Assembly (NCBI GenBank): GCA_946414095.1
Contig: CAMKNB010000003.1
Location: forward strand, 2,161-66,160
Origin: an uncultured Mycoplasmatota bacterium
GTDB lineage: Bacteria; Bacillota_I; Bacilli_A; RF39; UBA660
Direction of reading: 5' to 3'
DNA: 64,000 nt
Positions 8,647-18,392 of the stretch are shown here, in pieces (the first letter of the stretch is position 1; every line of letters starts with the position of its first letter). The notes beneath the pieces are model-generated. The model saw only the letters and a list, made by a program, of their open reading frames with translations. It made no database searches and was not told the DNA's origin. A program made the position numbers and the translations under genes.

Positions 8647-9504
8647 ATGAATGATTTTATTAAAAGTTATATACAAAGTTTAGATGTTGAAGATTTGAAT
8701 AAAAATGAAATTGAGGATAAAATTAAACTCTATTATTTAACTAAAGATTCTATTTTGAGAGAACAAATTATTATTTCATCTTTAAAGTATGTTTCTGAAT
8801 TAATTAAAAATGTTCCACTTAGTGATTATGGTGAAAAAGAAGATGTTGAATCATTAGGATATGAAGTATTAATTAGATGTGTAGATAAATATAATCCAAA
8901 TAAGGGTGAAAGTTTCTTTAATTATCTATATAGTGCTATGTATCGTTCCATTTACTTAAAAGTATTACCAAATGATACTAAGTATAAATTATATTTAGAA
9001 ATTAAAAGAGAAATAGAAAAAAGAGAGGGATTGCTTCCTAATGATAATTTAGAATTATTAGATGAAGTAATTAATGAAATGGTTAAAAGAAATATTCTAC
9101 GTTTGGAAGAAATAGAATCATTTAAAAATAGAATAAATATTATTAATGCGACTTCTTATGAAAATTTAGAAGATGTTTATGTTTCAAATGATAATGTTGA
9201 AAATATTGTTATAAATGAAGATATTAAAAGAATAATTATGGATATTGTTTCATCTCTACTTCCAGAATTGCAAAAATATGCAATTTTAAAATATGGATTG
9301 GATGGTAGAGAAAGAACTCTTGATGAAATAAGTATGGAACTTGGAGTTGAAAAGAAAAAACTTAGATCATATCAAGAAAAATTAGTTAAGTGTTTTAGGC
9401 ATCCAGCAAGATTAAAAGGAAATCATAGAGAATTAATTGAATATAGAAGTATTAATGAAGATAGTTTAATTGAATCTCCACACGATGTTATTCAGATAAA
9501 ATAA
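8647..9504 (+). CDS. Sigma-70 family RNA polymerase sigma factor (divergent)
   Basis: Region-2-like segment DVESLGYEVLIRCVDKYNPNKGESFFNYLYSAMYRSI and region-4 HTH ILKYGLDGRERTLDEISMELGVEKKKLRSYQEKLVKCFRH. The ATG at 8647 follows a GGTGGTG SD. Confidence 0.6.
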   Translation: MNDFIKSYIQSLDVEDLNKNEIEDKIKLYYLTKDSILREQIIISSLKYVSELIKNVPLSDYGEKEDVESLGYEVLIRCVDKYNPNKGESFFNYLYSAMYRSIYLKVLPNDTKYKLYLEIKREIEKREGLLPNDNLELLDEVINEMVKRNILRLEEIESFKNRINIINATSYENLEDVYVSNDNVENIVINEDIKRIIMDIVSSLLPELQKYAILKYGLDGRERTLDEISMELGVEKKKLRSYQEKLVKCFRHPARLKGNHRELIEYRSINEDSLIESPHDVIQIK

Positions 9505-9543
9505 ACTCTATTTTTTAATAAGTCTGTATGATATAATTATTGC

Positions 9544-10623
9544 ATGGAAACGAAAGATATTATAAAAAAATTAGAAGATTTTAGAAGTGATATTGTTGAT
9601 CTTGCAAATAAACTTGATATTAGTAATAAAAGTTCTAAGTTAAATGAATTAGATAACATTGTATCTAATCCATCTTTTTGGTCTAGTGAAGATACTAAAA
9701 GTATTTTAGAAGAACAGAAGAATTTAAGAGGTATTATTTCTAAATTTAATAATCTAAATGATAGTGTCAAAACTTTAAGTGAAATGATTGAACTAGAATT
9801 AAGTGATTCTGATTTAGATGATATTATTAATGAAGTAAATAGTTTAGAAAAAAGTTTTGATGAACTAAAATTAAATACTTTTTTAAATGGTGAATTTGAT
9901 TCATCTAATGCTTTTGTTGAGATACATTCTGGAGCAGGTGGTACTGAAAGCAATGATTGGGCAAATATGTTACTTAGAATGTATACAAGATTTTTTGAAA
10001 AAAATGATTATAAGTATGAGATAATTAGTAAAAATGATGGTGAAGAAGTTGGTATTAAGGGTGTAGTGCTTCGTGTGTTTGGTTATTATCCATTTGGATA
10101 TTTAAAAGGTGAAACTGGAGTACATAGACTTGTTAGAATTAGTCCGTTTGATAGCAATTCTAGAAGACATACTTCTTTTGCTTCAGTACTTGTTACACCT
10201 GAAATTGATAAGAATTTAGATGTTGAAATCAAAGAGAGTGATTTAAAGATAGATGTATATCGTTCTAGTGGAGCAGGTGGTCAAGGAGTAAATACAACTG
10301 ATTCTGCAGTTAGAATTACTCATTTACCTACTGGAATAGTTACATCTTGTCAGATTGAAAGAAGTCAAATTAAAAATAAAGAACGTGCATTAAATATGTT
10401 AAAGAATAAACTATTCATTATGAATCAAAATGCTTTTAATAATAAAGTTAAAGAACTAAAAGGTGATGTAATGGATGTTAATTTTGGAAGTGCAATTCGT
10501 AGTTATGTTATGTGTCCATATACTTTAGTTAAAGATTCAAGAAGTAATTACGAAACTAGTAATGTTGAAAAAGTTCTCGATGGTGATATAAAAGAATTCT
10601 TAGAAAGTTATTTAAGAATGTAG
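9544..10623 (+). CDS. prfB: Peptide chain release factor 2
   Basis: SPF tripeptide (RISPFDSNSRRHTSF) and GGQ motif (SSGAGGQGVNTTDSAVRITHLPTG). It is a single uninterrupted 359-codon frame. Confidence 0.9.
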   Translation: METKDIIKKLEDFRSDIVDLANKLDISNKSSKLNELDNIVSNPSFWSSEDTKSILEEQKNLRGIISKFNNLNDSVKTLSEMIELELSDSDLDDIINEVNSLEKSFDELKLNTFLNGEFDSSNAFVEIHSGAGGTESNDWANMLLRMYTRFFEKNDYKYEIISKNDGEEVGIKGVVLRVFGYYPFGYLKGETGVHRLVRISPFDSNSRRHTSFASVLVTPEIDKNLDVEIKESDLKIDVYRSSGAGGQGVNTTDSAVRITHLPTGIVTSCQIERSQIKNKERALNMLKNKLFIMNQNAFNNKVKELKGDVMDVNFGSAIRSYVMCPYTLVKDSRSNYETSNVEKVLDGDIKEFLESYLRM

Positions 10624-10639
10624 TTTACATTATAAAAAT

Positions 10640-10666
10640 ATATGGTGGTAAAAACCATATTTTTTT
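10640..10666 (+). terminator. Intrinsic terminator
   Basis: Stem atatggt / accatat with a 7-nt loop, then TTTTTT. Confidence 0.6.
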
Positions 10667-10694
10667 GTTATAATTTATAATGGAGAAGAATATT

Positions 10695-11615
10695 ATGAGG
10701 TTGTTTAAAAAATTAAAAAAGTTTAATAGTGAAAAGTTAGAAAAAGTAGTTATTAAAAAAGAAGCTATGAAAAAATCAGCTTTATTTGTAGTTGGTTGTT
10801 TAATATCATCTATTTCATATAATTTGTTTTCAGTACCTAATAATTTTGTAGGTGGAGGTCTTGGAGGATTTGGTATAGTATTAAATCACTTTTTTAGTAT
10901 AGAACCAAGTACAGTCATTCTAATTGGAAACTTTATATTAATTATAGCTAGTTTATTTACTTTGGGCTTTAAAAAGTCATTGATGAGTATAATTGGAGCA
11001 ACAACTTCTACAATATTTATATATTTAACAGAAGATTTTGCAGCAACAATTAATTTCTATTTTGATGATATATTATTGTATGTTCTTGCAGCTGGTGTTG
11101 TTGGAGGCTTTGGTGAAGCATTAGTATATAAAGCTGGATTTAATACTGGTGGAACTAGTATAATAGCTTTAATAATTCAGCATTATAAAAAGATGCCTCT
11201 TGGTAATTTACTTAGAAATATATCATTTATAATTATATTATCAGGTGGTATTGCTTTTGGATATACTTCAGTAATGTATTCATTAATAATCACATTTATT
11301 TCTACTTATCTAGTGGATAAAATATTAATTGGTATTAGTGATTCTAAGATGTTCTTTATACATACTGATAAGGAAGAAGAAGTTAAAGAGTTTATATTAA
11401 CTATAATTGAAAGTGGTGTTACTGAGTTTGATACTCATGGAGCATATAGTCATAAAAAGAAAAAAATGCTTATGTGTGTAGTACCAACTGAAAGATATTC
11501 ATTACTTAAGAGTGCAATTAAAGAAATTGACAATGATGCTTTTATAGTCGTTAGTGATTGTTATGAGGTTCTTGGAGGTACTGAAAGGAAAAAATTAGCA
11601 TTTGAAGATGAATAA
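10695..11615 (+). CDS. YitT family membrane protein (DUF2179 C-terminal domain)
   Basis: A polytopic membrane region is followed by a soluble C-terminal domain (EEEVKEFILTIIESGVTEFDTHGAYSHKKKKMLMCVVPTERYSLLKSAIKEIDNDAFIVVSDCYEVLG). The ATG at 10695 has a GGAGA SD. The ATG at 10680 is an alternative start. Confidence 0.7.
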   Translation: MRLFKKLKKFNSEKLEKVVIKKEAMKKSALFVVGCLISSISYNLFSVPNNFVGGGLGGFGIVLNHFFSIEPSTVILIGNFILIIASLFTLGFKKSLMSIIGATTSTIFIYLTEDFAATINFYFDDILLYVLAAGVVGGFGEALVYKAGFNTGGTSIIALIIQHYKKMPLGNLLRNISFIIILSGGIAFGYTSVMYSLIITFISTYLVDKILIGISDSKMFFIHTDKEEEVKEFILTIIESGVTEFDTHGAYSHKKKKMLMCVVPTERYSLLKSAIKEIDNDAFIVVSDCYEVLGGTERKKLAFEDE

Positions 11616-11647
11616 TTATAGTGTATAATAGATTATTAGGAGGAATT

Positions 11648-12346
11648 ATGCAGTTAATAGAACTTAAAAATGTATACAAAAGATATAATAATGGTGTTAC
11701 TGCTTTATGTGATGTTAACTTATCTATTTCTAAGGGTGAATTTGTATTTGTAATTGGAGATAGTGGAAGCGGTAAATCTACATTAATTAAATTATTATAT
11801 AGACAAGAAAAACCAACAAGAGGAGATGTATTTGTTGGTGGTATAAATATGTCTAAATTAAGAAATGGAAGAGTTTATAAATTAAGACGTAAGCTTGGAA
11901 TTGTTTTTCAAGATTATAAATTGCTTCCTAAAATGACTGTATATGAAAACGTTGCTTTTGCTCTTGAAGTATATGGTCTAAGAAGAGATGAAGTTAGAAA
12001 AAGAACTCTTAAAGCAATTGAGCAAGTTGGTCTTAAAGATAAACTTAGAAGTTATCCAAGTGAGTTATCTGGCGGAGAGCAACAAAGAGTTTCTATTGCT
12101 AGAGCAATAGTTAATAATCCTAAAGTACTTATTTGTGATGAACCAACTGGTAACTTAGATCCTAAAACATCTATGGAAATTATGGAAGTTATTGATAAAA
12201 TTAATAAAGAACTAGGAACTACTATTATAATGGCTACTCATGATGAAAAAATAGTTAATAGAATGAAGAAAAGAGTAGTTCAAATAGAAAAAGGTTTAGT
12301 TACAAGAGATGTGATGAAAGGAAAGTATAGAGATGAAGGCATTTAG
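11648..12346 (+). CDS. ftsE: Cell division ATP-binding protein FtsE
   Basis: Walker A GDSGSGKST, signature LSGGEQQR, Walker B LICDEPTGNLD. An FtsX-type permease gene follows directly. The ATG at 11648 follows an AGGAGG SD. Confidence 0.85.
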   Translation: MQLIELKNVYKRYNNGVTALCDVNLSISKGEFVFVIGDSGSGKSTLIKLLYRQEKPTRGDVFVGGINMSKLRNGRVYKLRRKLGIVFQDYKLLPKMTVYENVAFALEVYGLRRDEVRKRTLKAIEQVGLKDKLRSYPSELSGGEQQRVSIARAIVNNPKVLICDEPTGNLDPKTSMEIMEVIDKINKELGTTIIMATHDEKIVNRMKKRVVQIEKGLVTRDVMKGKYRDEGI

Positions 12347-13232
12347 AATATTAAGAAGTAGTTTATCTGAATCCTTTAAAGGTGTATTTAGAAATTTTTC
12401 ACTTTCTTTAGCTAGTATTTTTTGTATAGCTATTACTCTTGTATTGGTAGGATTTAGTATTTTACTTTCTTATAATGTTAATAATTTTACTCGTGAGATA
12501 GAACAGGATATGACTATTGTAGTATTCTTAAATAGAAAAATAAGTGATGAAGATATAAAGACAGTTGAAAGTAGAATAAAAGGTCTAGAAAATATTAAAG
12601 AAGTTAAATTTGAATCTAAAAATGATGTTAAAGAATCTATGCAAGAAGAATCAGAAATATTTAATACTATTTTAGAGCAATATACTGATGAAACTAATCC
12701 TTTACAAGATAGTTATTTAGTTAAAGTTGTTGATATTAATGAAATAGGAAAGACTGCTGATGAAATAGAGAAAATAGAGAATGTACAACGTGTTAAATAT
12801 GGGGAAGGTTCTGTTGAAGAACTTATTAAAATATTTGATTTAGTTAAGAAAATCATGTATGGAATTGTTATTGCTTTAGTACTTGTAACTGTATTCTTAA
12901 TTGCTAATACTATTAAAATAACAATTCAATCAAGAAGTAGGGAAATAGAAATCAGAAGATTAGTAGGAGCATCTAATGCATTTATTAGACAACCTTTCTT
13001 CTTTGAAGGAATTATATTAGGATTTTTAGGATCTATTGTACCTATAATTGGATGTTGTTTTGGATATAAATATTTATATGAAAGATTAGGTGGGCAAATT
13101 TTTACTGCAATTATTAAATTAGTACCACCTGCTGAAATAATGTTAGTATTAGCTCTATCATTACTTGCTATTGGTGTAATTGTAGGTGCATTTGGTAGTT
13201 ATAGAGCAGTAAGGAAATATTTGAAAGTATGA
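12333..13232 (+). CDS. ftsX: Cell division permease FtsX
   Basis: 299 aa with one N-terminal TM, a large extracytoplasmic loop, three C-terminal TMs and the conserved EIEIRRLVGASNAFIRQPF segment. It overlaps ftsE. Confidence 0.85.
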   Translation: MKAFRILRSSLSESFKGVFRNFSLSLASIFCIAITLVLVGFSILLSYNVNNFTREIEQDMTIVVFLNRKISDEDIKTVESRIKGLENIKEVKFESKNDVKESMQEESEIFNTILEQYTDETNPLQDSYLVKVVDINEIGKTADEIEKIENVQRVKYGEGSVEELIKIFDLVKKIMYGIVIALVLVTVFLIANTIKITIQSRSREIEIRRLVGASNAFIRQPFFFEGIILGFLGSIVPIIGCCFGYKYLYERLGGQIFTAIIKLVPPAEIMLVLALSLLAIGVIVGAFGSYRAVRKYLKV

Positions 13233-14404
13233 TGAGAAAGTTATGTAAAATTTTTATTGTTGTTTTATGTACTTTCATATTTATTAGTAATGTTTCTGCT
13301 AAATCTTTAAAGCAAGTTAAAGAAGAACTTGCTAGAGATGAAGCTAATAGATCATCATTAATACAAAGACAAAAAAATGTTCAAAGTAACATAAAGAATG
13401 CTAAAGGGGATATAAGTGATTTAGAAAGTCAAATTGAAAAATATGAAAATGAAATAGATGAAACATTAAAAAAGATAGATGAATTAAATGATGATATTGA
13501 TGCAAAGCAAAAAGAAATAGATAATTTACTTGCTTTTATGCAAAAAGCTAAAGCAGATAATGTTTATTTAGAATATATTTTTCAAGCTAAATCATATACA
13601 GATTTTATATATAGAAGTGCAGTTGTTGAAGAATTAACTAAATATAATGATGAAGTAATTGATGAAATGTACAATATGATTGAAGAAAACAAAAAGCTTA
13701 AAGTTGAACTTCAAAATAAGATTTCTAAGAATGAAAAATCTATAAGTGATTTAGAAAAGAAACTTACTACTTATAATGTTAGTTTAAAGGATTTAGAAAC
13801 TGCTCATACAAATATAGATGATACTATTGCTGATAGAAAGAAAACATTAGCATATTATGAAAAAGTATATAAGCAAAATGGATGTAAAGAAACAGTAGAT
13901 ATTGATGAGTGTTTAACAGTAGCAAGTTCAAATGGATTTGTAAGACCAATGGCTAAAGGAACTATTTCAAGTGAGTGGGGATATAGAACTTGTCCAATCC
14001 ATGGTAAGGAACTACATTCTGGAATAGATATTGCTGTTGCTCTTGGAACACCTGTTTATGCTGCTGCTTCTGGTACAGTTGTTGGAATTACTAAAAAGAG
14101 TTCTTGTGGTGGTAATATTGTAACAATAAGGCACAATATTAAAGGTAAGATATATAGAACTAGATATATGCATCTTGCAACTATAAATGTTAAGATGGGA
14201 CAAGATGTACTTGTTACTACTAAGATTGGAACTAGTGGAGGTGGAGGCTATACTTTAAGAAGAAATGGTGGATGGGATACTTGTTCAACAGGAGCTCACT
14301 TACACTTTATGATTCTTCCAGGCTCTACTGGTAGTTCAACAATTAATCCAAGAGGTATGATAACATTTCCATCTAGAGGAAGAAGTTTTTCAAGTAGATG
14401 GTAG
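13229..14404 (+). CDS. Coiled-coil M23 (LytM) peptidoglycan endopeptidase, paralogue 1
   Basis: Signal peptide, a long heptad-rich region, then an M23 domain with an intact HxxxD (HSGIDIA) and HxH (GAHLHF). The start overlaps the ftsX stop (ATGATG/TGA). Confidence 0.8.
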   Translation: MMRKLCKIFIVVLCTFIFISNVSAKSLKQVKEELARDEANRSSLIQRQKNVQSNIKNAKGDISDLESQIEKYENEIDETLKKIDELNDDIDAKQKEIDNLLAFMQKAKADNVYLEYIFQAKSYTDFIYRSAVVEELTKYNDEVIDEMYNMIEENKKLKVELQNKISKNEKSISDLEKKLTTYNVSLKDLETAHTNIDDTIADRKKTLAYYEKVYKQNGCKETVDIDECLTVASSNGFVRPMAKGTISSEWGYRTCPIHGKELHSGIDIAVALGTPVYAAASGTVVGITKKSSCGGNIVTIRHNIKGKIYRTRYMHLATINVKMGQDVLVTTKIGTSGGGGYTLRRNGGWDTCSTGAHLHFMILPGSTGSSTINPRGMITFPSRGRSFSSRW

Positions 14405-14417
14405 TTGGGGGTATTAT

Positions 14418-15602
14418 ATGACGAAAAAATGGTTAAAGATATTATTTACGATATTTATTGCTTTTATATTTATGAGTAATATTTTTGCTGTGTCAAATAA
14501 TACGTCACTAAAAGATTTAAAAGATAAATTAGAAAAAGATAAATCAACATTAAATTCTGTTGTATCTAAACAAAATAAAGTTAAGAATAATATAAAAAAA
14601 ATTGAAGGTAATTTATCCTCAATTGCTGATAAAATAGATGCAGCCGAATTAAATATTAAAAACTCTAAAGAAAAAGTAGAAGAATTAGAAAGTGAAATAA
14701 TAAGCAAACAAAAAGAGATAGATGGATTATTAAGTTTTTTACAAATATCTAAAGGTGAAAACATTTATTTAGAGTACGTATTTAAAGCTAAATCATTTAC
14801 TGATTTTATTTATAGAAATGCAGTTGTTGAAGAATTAACTAGATATAATGATGAACTTATTGATGAAATGTATAATTTAATTGAAGAAAATAAAGAAGAG
14901 CAAGAAAGACTAAATAAAGAAATAGATGATTCTGAAAATACTATTGTTGAATTAAATGAAACATTAAAAAAATATAATCTTTCAATGGAAGATTTAGTTG
15001 ATGATCATAAGGATGCTAAAGCTGATTATGAAGCTAGTAAAAAAGAATATGAAGCTTATAAAAAAATATATAAGCAAAAAGGTTGTAAAGAAACAACCCC
15101 AATAGTTGATTGCGTTGACGTTCCTTATGCAGATGGTTTTTCAAGGCCAGTAGTTAGTGGTTTTATATCAAGTGAGTATGGTCTTAGATATCATCCAACT
15201 CTTCATTATTATAGAATGCATAATGGTGTAGATATTGCTGTTTCTATGAATACTCCGGTATACGCTTCTGCAGCTGGAATAGTTAGTAAAATTGTCAAGG
15301 TAAAAAATCCTAGAAAAGCAAATTCTAGTTGTGGTGGAAATATGGTCTATGTTAAGCATAGAATAAAAGGTAAAGAGTATACATCAGTTTATATGCATTT
15401 ACATTCTATTAATGTTAAAGTACAAGATTATGTAACATTATCTACTATAATAGGAAAATCTGGAGGAGGAGAAAGCTATGATTATTGTACTACAGGTCCT
15501 CACTTACACTTTGGAATAATGAAGGGTAGTGATTATGTTAATCCAAGAAATTATGTAAATTTTCCTTCAAAAGGTCATAAATTTACTAATAGATTTGAAT
15601 AA
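14418..15602 (+). CDS. Coiled-coil M23 (LytM) peptidoglycan endopeptidase, paralogue 2
   Basis: Same architecture as paralogue 1, with HNGVDIA and GPHLHF. It shares long blocks with paralogue 1, for example YLEY(V/I)F.AKS(F/Y)TDFIYR.AVVEELT.YNDE.IDEMYN.IEENK. Confidence 0.8.
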   Translation: MTKKWLKILFTIFIAFIFMSNIFAVSNNTSLKDLKDKLEKDKSTLNSVVSKQNKVKNNIKKIEGNLSSIADKIDAAELNIKNSKEKVEELESEIISKQKEIDGLLSFLQISKGENIYLEYVFKAKSFTDFIYRNAVVEELTRYNDELIDEMYNLIEENKEEQERLNKEIDDSENTIVELNETLKKYNLSMEDLVDDHKDAKADYEASKKEYEAYKKIYKQKGCKETTPIVDCVDVPYADGFSRPVVSGFISSEYGLRYHPTLHYYRMHNGVDIAVSMNTPVYASAAGIVSKIVKVKNPRKANSSCGGNMVYVKHRIKGKEYTSVYMHLHSINVKVQDYVTLSTIIGKSGGGESYDYCTTGPHLHFGIMKGSDYVNPRNYVNFPSKGHKFTNRFE

Positions 15603-15604
15603 AT

Positions 15605-15625
15605 ACCATATTAAATATGGTTTTT
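15605..15625 (+). terminator. Intrinsic terminator
   Basis: Stem accatat / atatggt with a 3-nt loop, then TTTTT. Confidence 0.5.
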
Positions 15626-15652
15626 ATTTGGTATAATTATTATGGTGATTTT

Positions 15653-16576
15653 ATGTCATTTACATCAAATATTAAAAATGAAATTAGTAATATTGAATAT
15701 GGTGATTCTGAAAAGATGTCAGAATTATCTGCTATACTTAACATTGGTGTTAAAATTTATAATGATAAGTTTGAAATATATACAGAAAATGTAAGTGTAG
15801 CAAGAAGAATATATAAGTTAATAAAAGAAATATATCATGTTGATATTGAAATGGATACAAGTGGAATAAATACTTTAAGAAAAAATAAACTAGTATTGAT
15901 GAGTGTTCATGAAAAAGTTGATTTAATTCTTGAAGACTTATCTATAACTAAAGATGGTGTAAGAATATATAAACCATCTAGTTATCTAGTTGATGAGCAA
16001 AAAGATAAACAGGCATATTTGCGTGGTGTTTTTATGATGTGTGGTAGTATAAATGATCCTAAGACTAGTAGATATCATGCTGAGTTTGTTATTTCTAATT
16101 TAGAAAGTGCTAATTATGTTAATGATTTATTAAATGAAATGTATTTTAACAGTAAAGTAATTAAACGTGATAAAAATTATATGGTTTATATAAAAGAAGC
16201 AGAGAAGATTAGTGATTTTATAAAACTATTAAATGCTAATACATCTTTATTTTATTATGAAGATATTAGAATATATAGAGACCATAAAAATATGACAAAT
16301 AGACTTAATAATTGTGAGCAAGCTAATGTTGACAAAATGATGGCTTCATCTCGTGAACAGTTAGAATTAATCAGTGAACTTAAGAAAATTAGAGACTTTG
16401 ATTTGCTTGATGAAAAAATTAAAGATATTTGTATTTATAAAGAAAAATATCCAGAGAGTTCTATAAGAGAACTTGCTGAAATTATAAGTAGTGAAACTGA
16501 AAGGCCAATTACGAAAAGTGGAATAAATCATAGATTTAGAAAAATTAAAGAAATTGTTGAAAATTCTAAAAAGTAA
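15653..16576 (+). CDS. whiA: DNA-binding protein WhiA
   Basis: N-terminus MSFTSNIKNEIS. It has LAGLIDADG-like repeats (AYLRGVFMMCGSINDP) and a C-terminal HTH (SIRELAEIISSETERPITKSGINHRFRKIKEI). Confidence 0.85.
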   Translation: MSFTSNIKNEISNIEYGDSEKMSELSAILNIGVKIYNDKFEIYTENVSVARRIYKLIKEIYHVDIEMDTSGINTLRKNKLVLMSVHEKVDLILEDLSITKDGVRIYKPSSYLVDEQKDKQAYLRGVFMMCGSINDPKTSRYHAEFVISNLESANYVNDLLNEMYFNSKVIKRDKNYMVYIKEAEKISDFIKLLNANTSLFYYEDIRIYRDHKNMTNRLNNCEQANVDKMMASSREQLELISELKKIRDFDLLDEKIKDICIYKEKYPESSIRELAEIISSETERPITKSGINHRFRKIKEIVENSKK

Positions 16577-16646
16577 GTGAAATATAAAAATATTTTGTTG
16601 ATAATTTGTTTATAAAAAATAGTAATAAATTAAATGGTATAGAAAT

Positions 16647-16670
16647 AAAAGAGAAGAAATTCTCTTTTTT
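16647..16670 (+). terminator. Intrinsic terminator
   Basis: Stem aagagaa / ttctctt with a 4-nt loop, then a T-run. Confidence 0.6.
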
Positions 16671-16728
16671 AATTCTTTGATATTCACAAAATTTAATATT
16701 TTTGATATGATATTAATACAATAAGAAG

Positions 16729-18381
16729 GTGACGCAAGTGAAAAAAGATATTAAGTTAATATTTGAAGATGGTAGCGAAATGAATGTTTATTATGGAACT
16801 ACTGTTAGAGAGGTATTAAAAGAACTAAATGATGATAATTTAATGGCACTTAGAATTAATGGCCAAGCAGTATCAAGTGATTATGAAATTACTGAGGATG
16901 GTTTTGTAAATTTTATTGCTGTTGGAGATAGAATTGGTCAAAAAATATACATAAATGGTTTAAAATATATGTATATTTTGGCGGTTAAAGAAGTATTTGG
17001 GGATAAAGTAGTTGTAAACATTAAGCACTCATTAGATAAAGGTTTATATACTGAAATTGTAACTAGAAAAAAATTTGATGATAGTGTAGTACCAATAATT
17101 AAAAAGAAGATGAAGGAAATATGTTCTAGAAATTTAGATTTTAAGAGCGTTAATGTTTCTAGGGATGATGCGTATGATTATGTTACTGAATTAGGTGAAA
17201 CTGAAAAAGCATTAAACTATGCATATATGACTAATGATTCTGTCACTATGTATGAACTAGGAGATGAATATAATTATTTCTATTATATAATGCCTCCGTC
17301 AACTAAAGTATTAAATAGATTTGATTTAACTTTCATAGCACCAAATGGAATTGTACTTAGCTATCCAATAAATAATGTTGTGCCTAAATATAATCCTGCT
17401 CCTCAAGTTTTAGAAGCATTTAAGAGTTATGAGAAAAGATTATCTGCGATGGGTATTAAATATGCAGGTGAGTTAAACAAAATAATTGTTGATGGTAAAA
17501 TATCTGATTTTATTCAAACTAATGAAATTATATATGATCAAAACTTAGAAAGTGTAGCAGCTAAAGTTGCTAATGATAGACGTATACGTTCAATATTTAT
17601 ATCAGGGCCTTCTTCTAGTGGTAAAACTACTACTTCTAAGAAGTTAGCTTTGTATTTAAAATCAATGGGTCTTGATACTCTTGTATTATCTACAGATGAT
17701 TATTTCTTGAATAGAGTAGATAGTCCTAAGAAGCCAGATGGAACTTATGAATTTGAAATAGTTGATGCAATAGATATTAAATTATTTAATTCTCATCTAA
17801 AGAAATTATTAGATGGTGAAGAAGTGATTATTCCGACTTTTAATTTTATTACTGGTGAAAAAGAGTTTAAAAGAAAGCCTACATCACTAGGTAAAAATCA
17901 AATATTAGTTGTTGAAGGATTACATGCAATTAATGAAAAACTAAATGGAGTTATTGATAAAAAAAATAAACTTAGAATATATATAAGTCCATTTACTCCT
18001 CTTGCTCTTGATAGACATAATCATATATCAACAACTGATTTAAGACTTTTACGTCGTATGGTTAGAGATTATATGCATAGAGGATATTCAGCTGATCAAA
18101 CTCTTACAAATTGGATGGGTATGAGAAATAGTGAAAAAAATTATGTTTATCCATATCAAAGGGAAGCAGATGTAATATTAAATACAGCACTTAGTTATGA
18201 GATTGGAGTTTTAAGAACTTATGCTGAACCTTTACTTTATTCAGTAAGTAGAGAAAGTGAAAATTATGAAGAAGCAATTAGAATATTAAAATTCTTAAGA
18301 GGATTTTTAAATATACCAAGTGAAAATGTTCCAACAAAGAGTGTGTTAAGGGAATTTATTGGTAATAGTTACTTTGAATAG
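16729..18381 (+). CDS. Uridine kinase-family nucleoside kinase with N-terminal TGS/ThrRS-like region
   Basis: 550 aa. P-loop FISGPSSSGKTTTSKKL in the C-terminal half, followed by VVEGLHAIN. The start is a GTG at either 16729 or 16738. Confidence 0.65.
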   Translation: MTQVKKDIKLIFEDGSEMNVYYGTTVREVLKELNDDNLMALRINGQAVSSDYEITEDGFVNFIAVGDRIGQKIYINGLKYMYILAVKEVFGDKVVVNIKHSLDKGLYTEIVTRKKFDDSVVPIIKKKMKEICSRNLDFKSVNVSRDDAYDYVTELGETEKALNYAYMTNDSVTMYELGDEYNYFYYIMPPSTKVLNRFDLTFIAPNGIVLSYPINNVVPKYNPAPQVLEAFKSYEKRLSAMGIKYAGELNKIIVDGKISDFIQTNEIIYDQNLESVAAKVANDRRIRSIFISGPSSSGKTTTSKKLALYLKSMGLDTLVLSTDDYFLNRVDSPKKPDGTYEFEIVDAIDIKLFNSHLKKLLDGEEVIIPTFNFITGEKEFKRKPTSLGKNQILVVEGLHAINEKLNGVIDKKNKLRIYISPFTPLALDRHNHISTTDLRLLRRMVRDYMHRGYSADQTLTNWMGMRNSEKNYVYPYQREADVILNTALSYEIGVLRTYAEPLLYSVSRESENYEEAIRILKFLRGFLNIPSENVPTKSVLREFIGNSYFE

Positions 18382-18392
18382 GAGGAGATAAT

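Noticed and set aside
9537-9953. 138-aa minus-strand ORF antisense to prfB. Similar minus-strand ORFs are listed at 1273-1512, 6639-6851, 7975-8175, 14012-14203, 14414-14764, 15168-15359, 19910-20098, 24587-24883, 27671-27862, 29787-29984, 33188-33394, 34599-34793, 38892-39080, 39730-39918, 40622-40831, 43539-43814, 44888-45175, 45940-46191, 47508-47768, 48364-48573, 49433-49675, 51011-51307, 51435-51854, 52834-53145 and 54066-54401.
   Set aside because: Each lies fully antisense to a + strand gene with strong motif support. Their translations are low-complexity (S/L/F/I-rich) with no SD or recognisable motifs. They are typical shadow ORFs of AT-rich, codon-biased genes.
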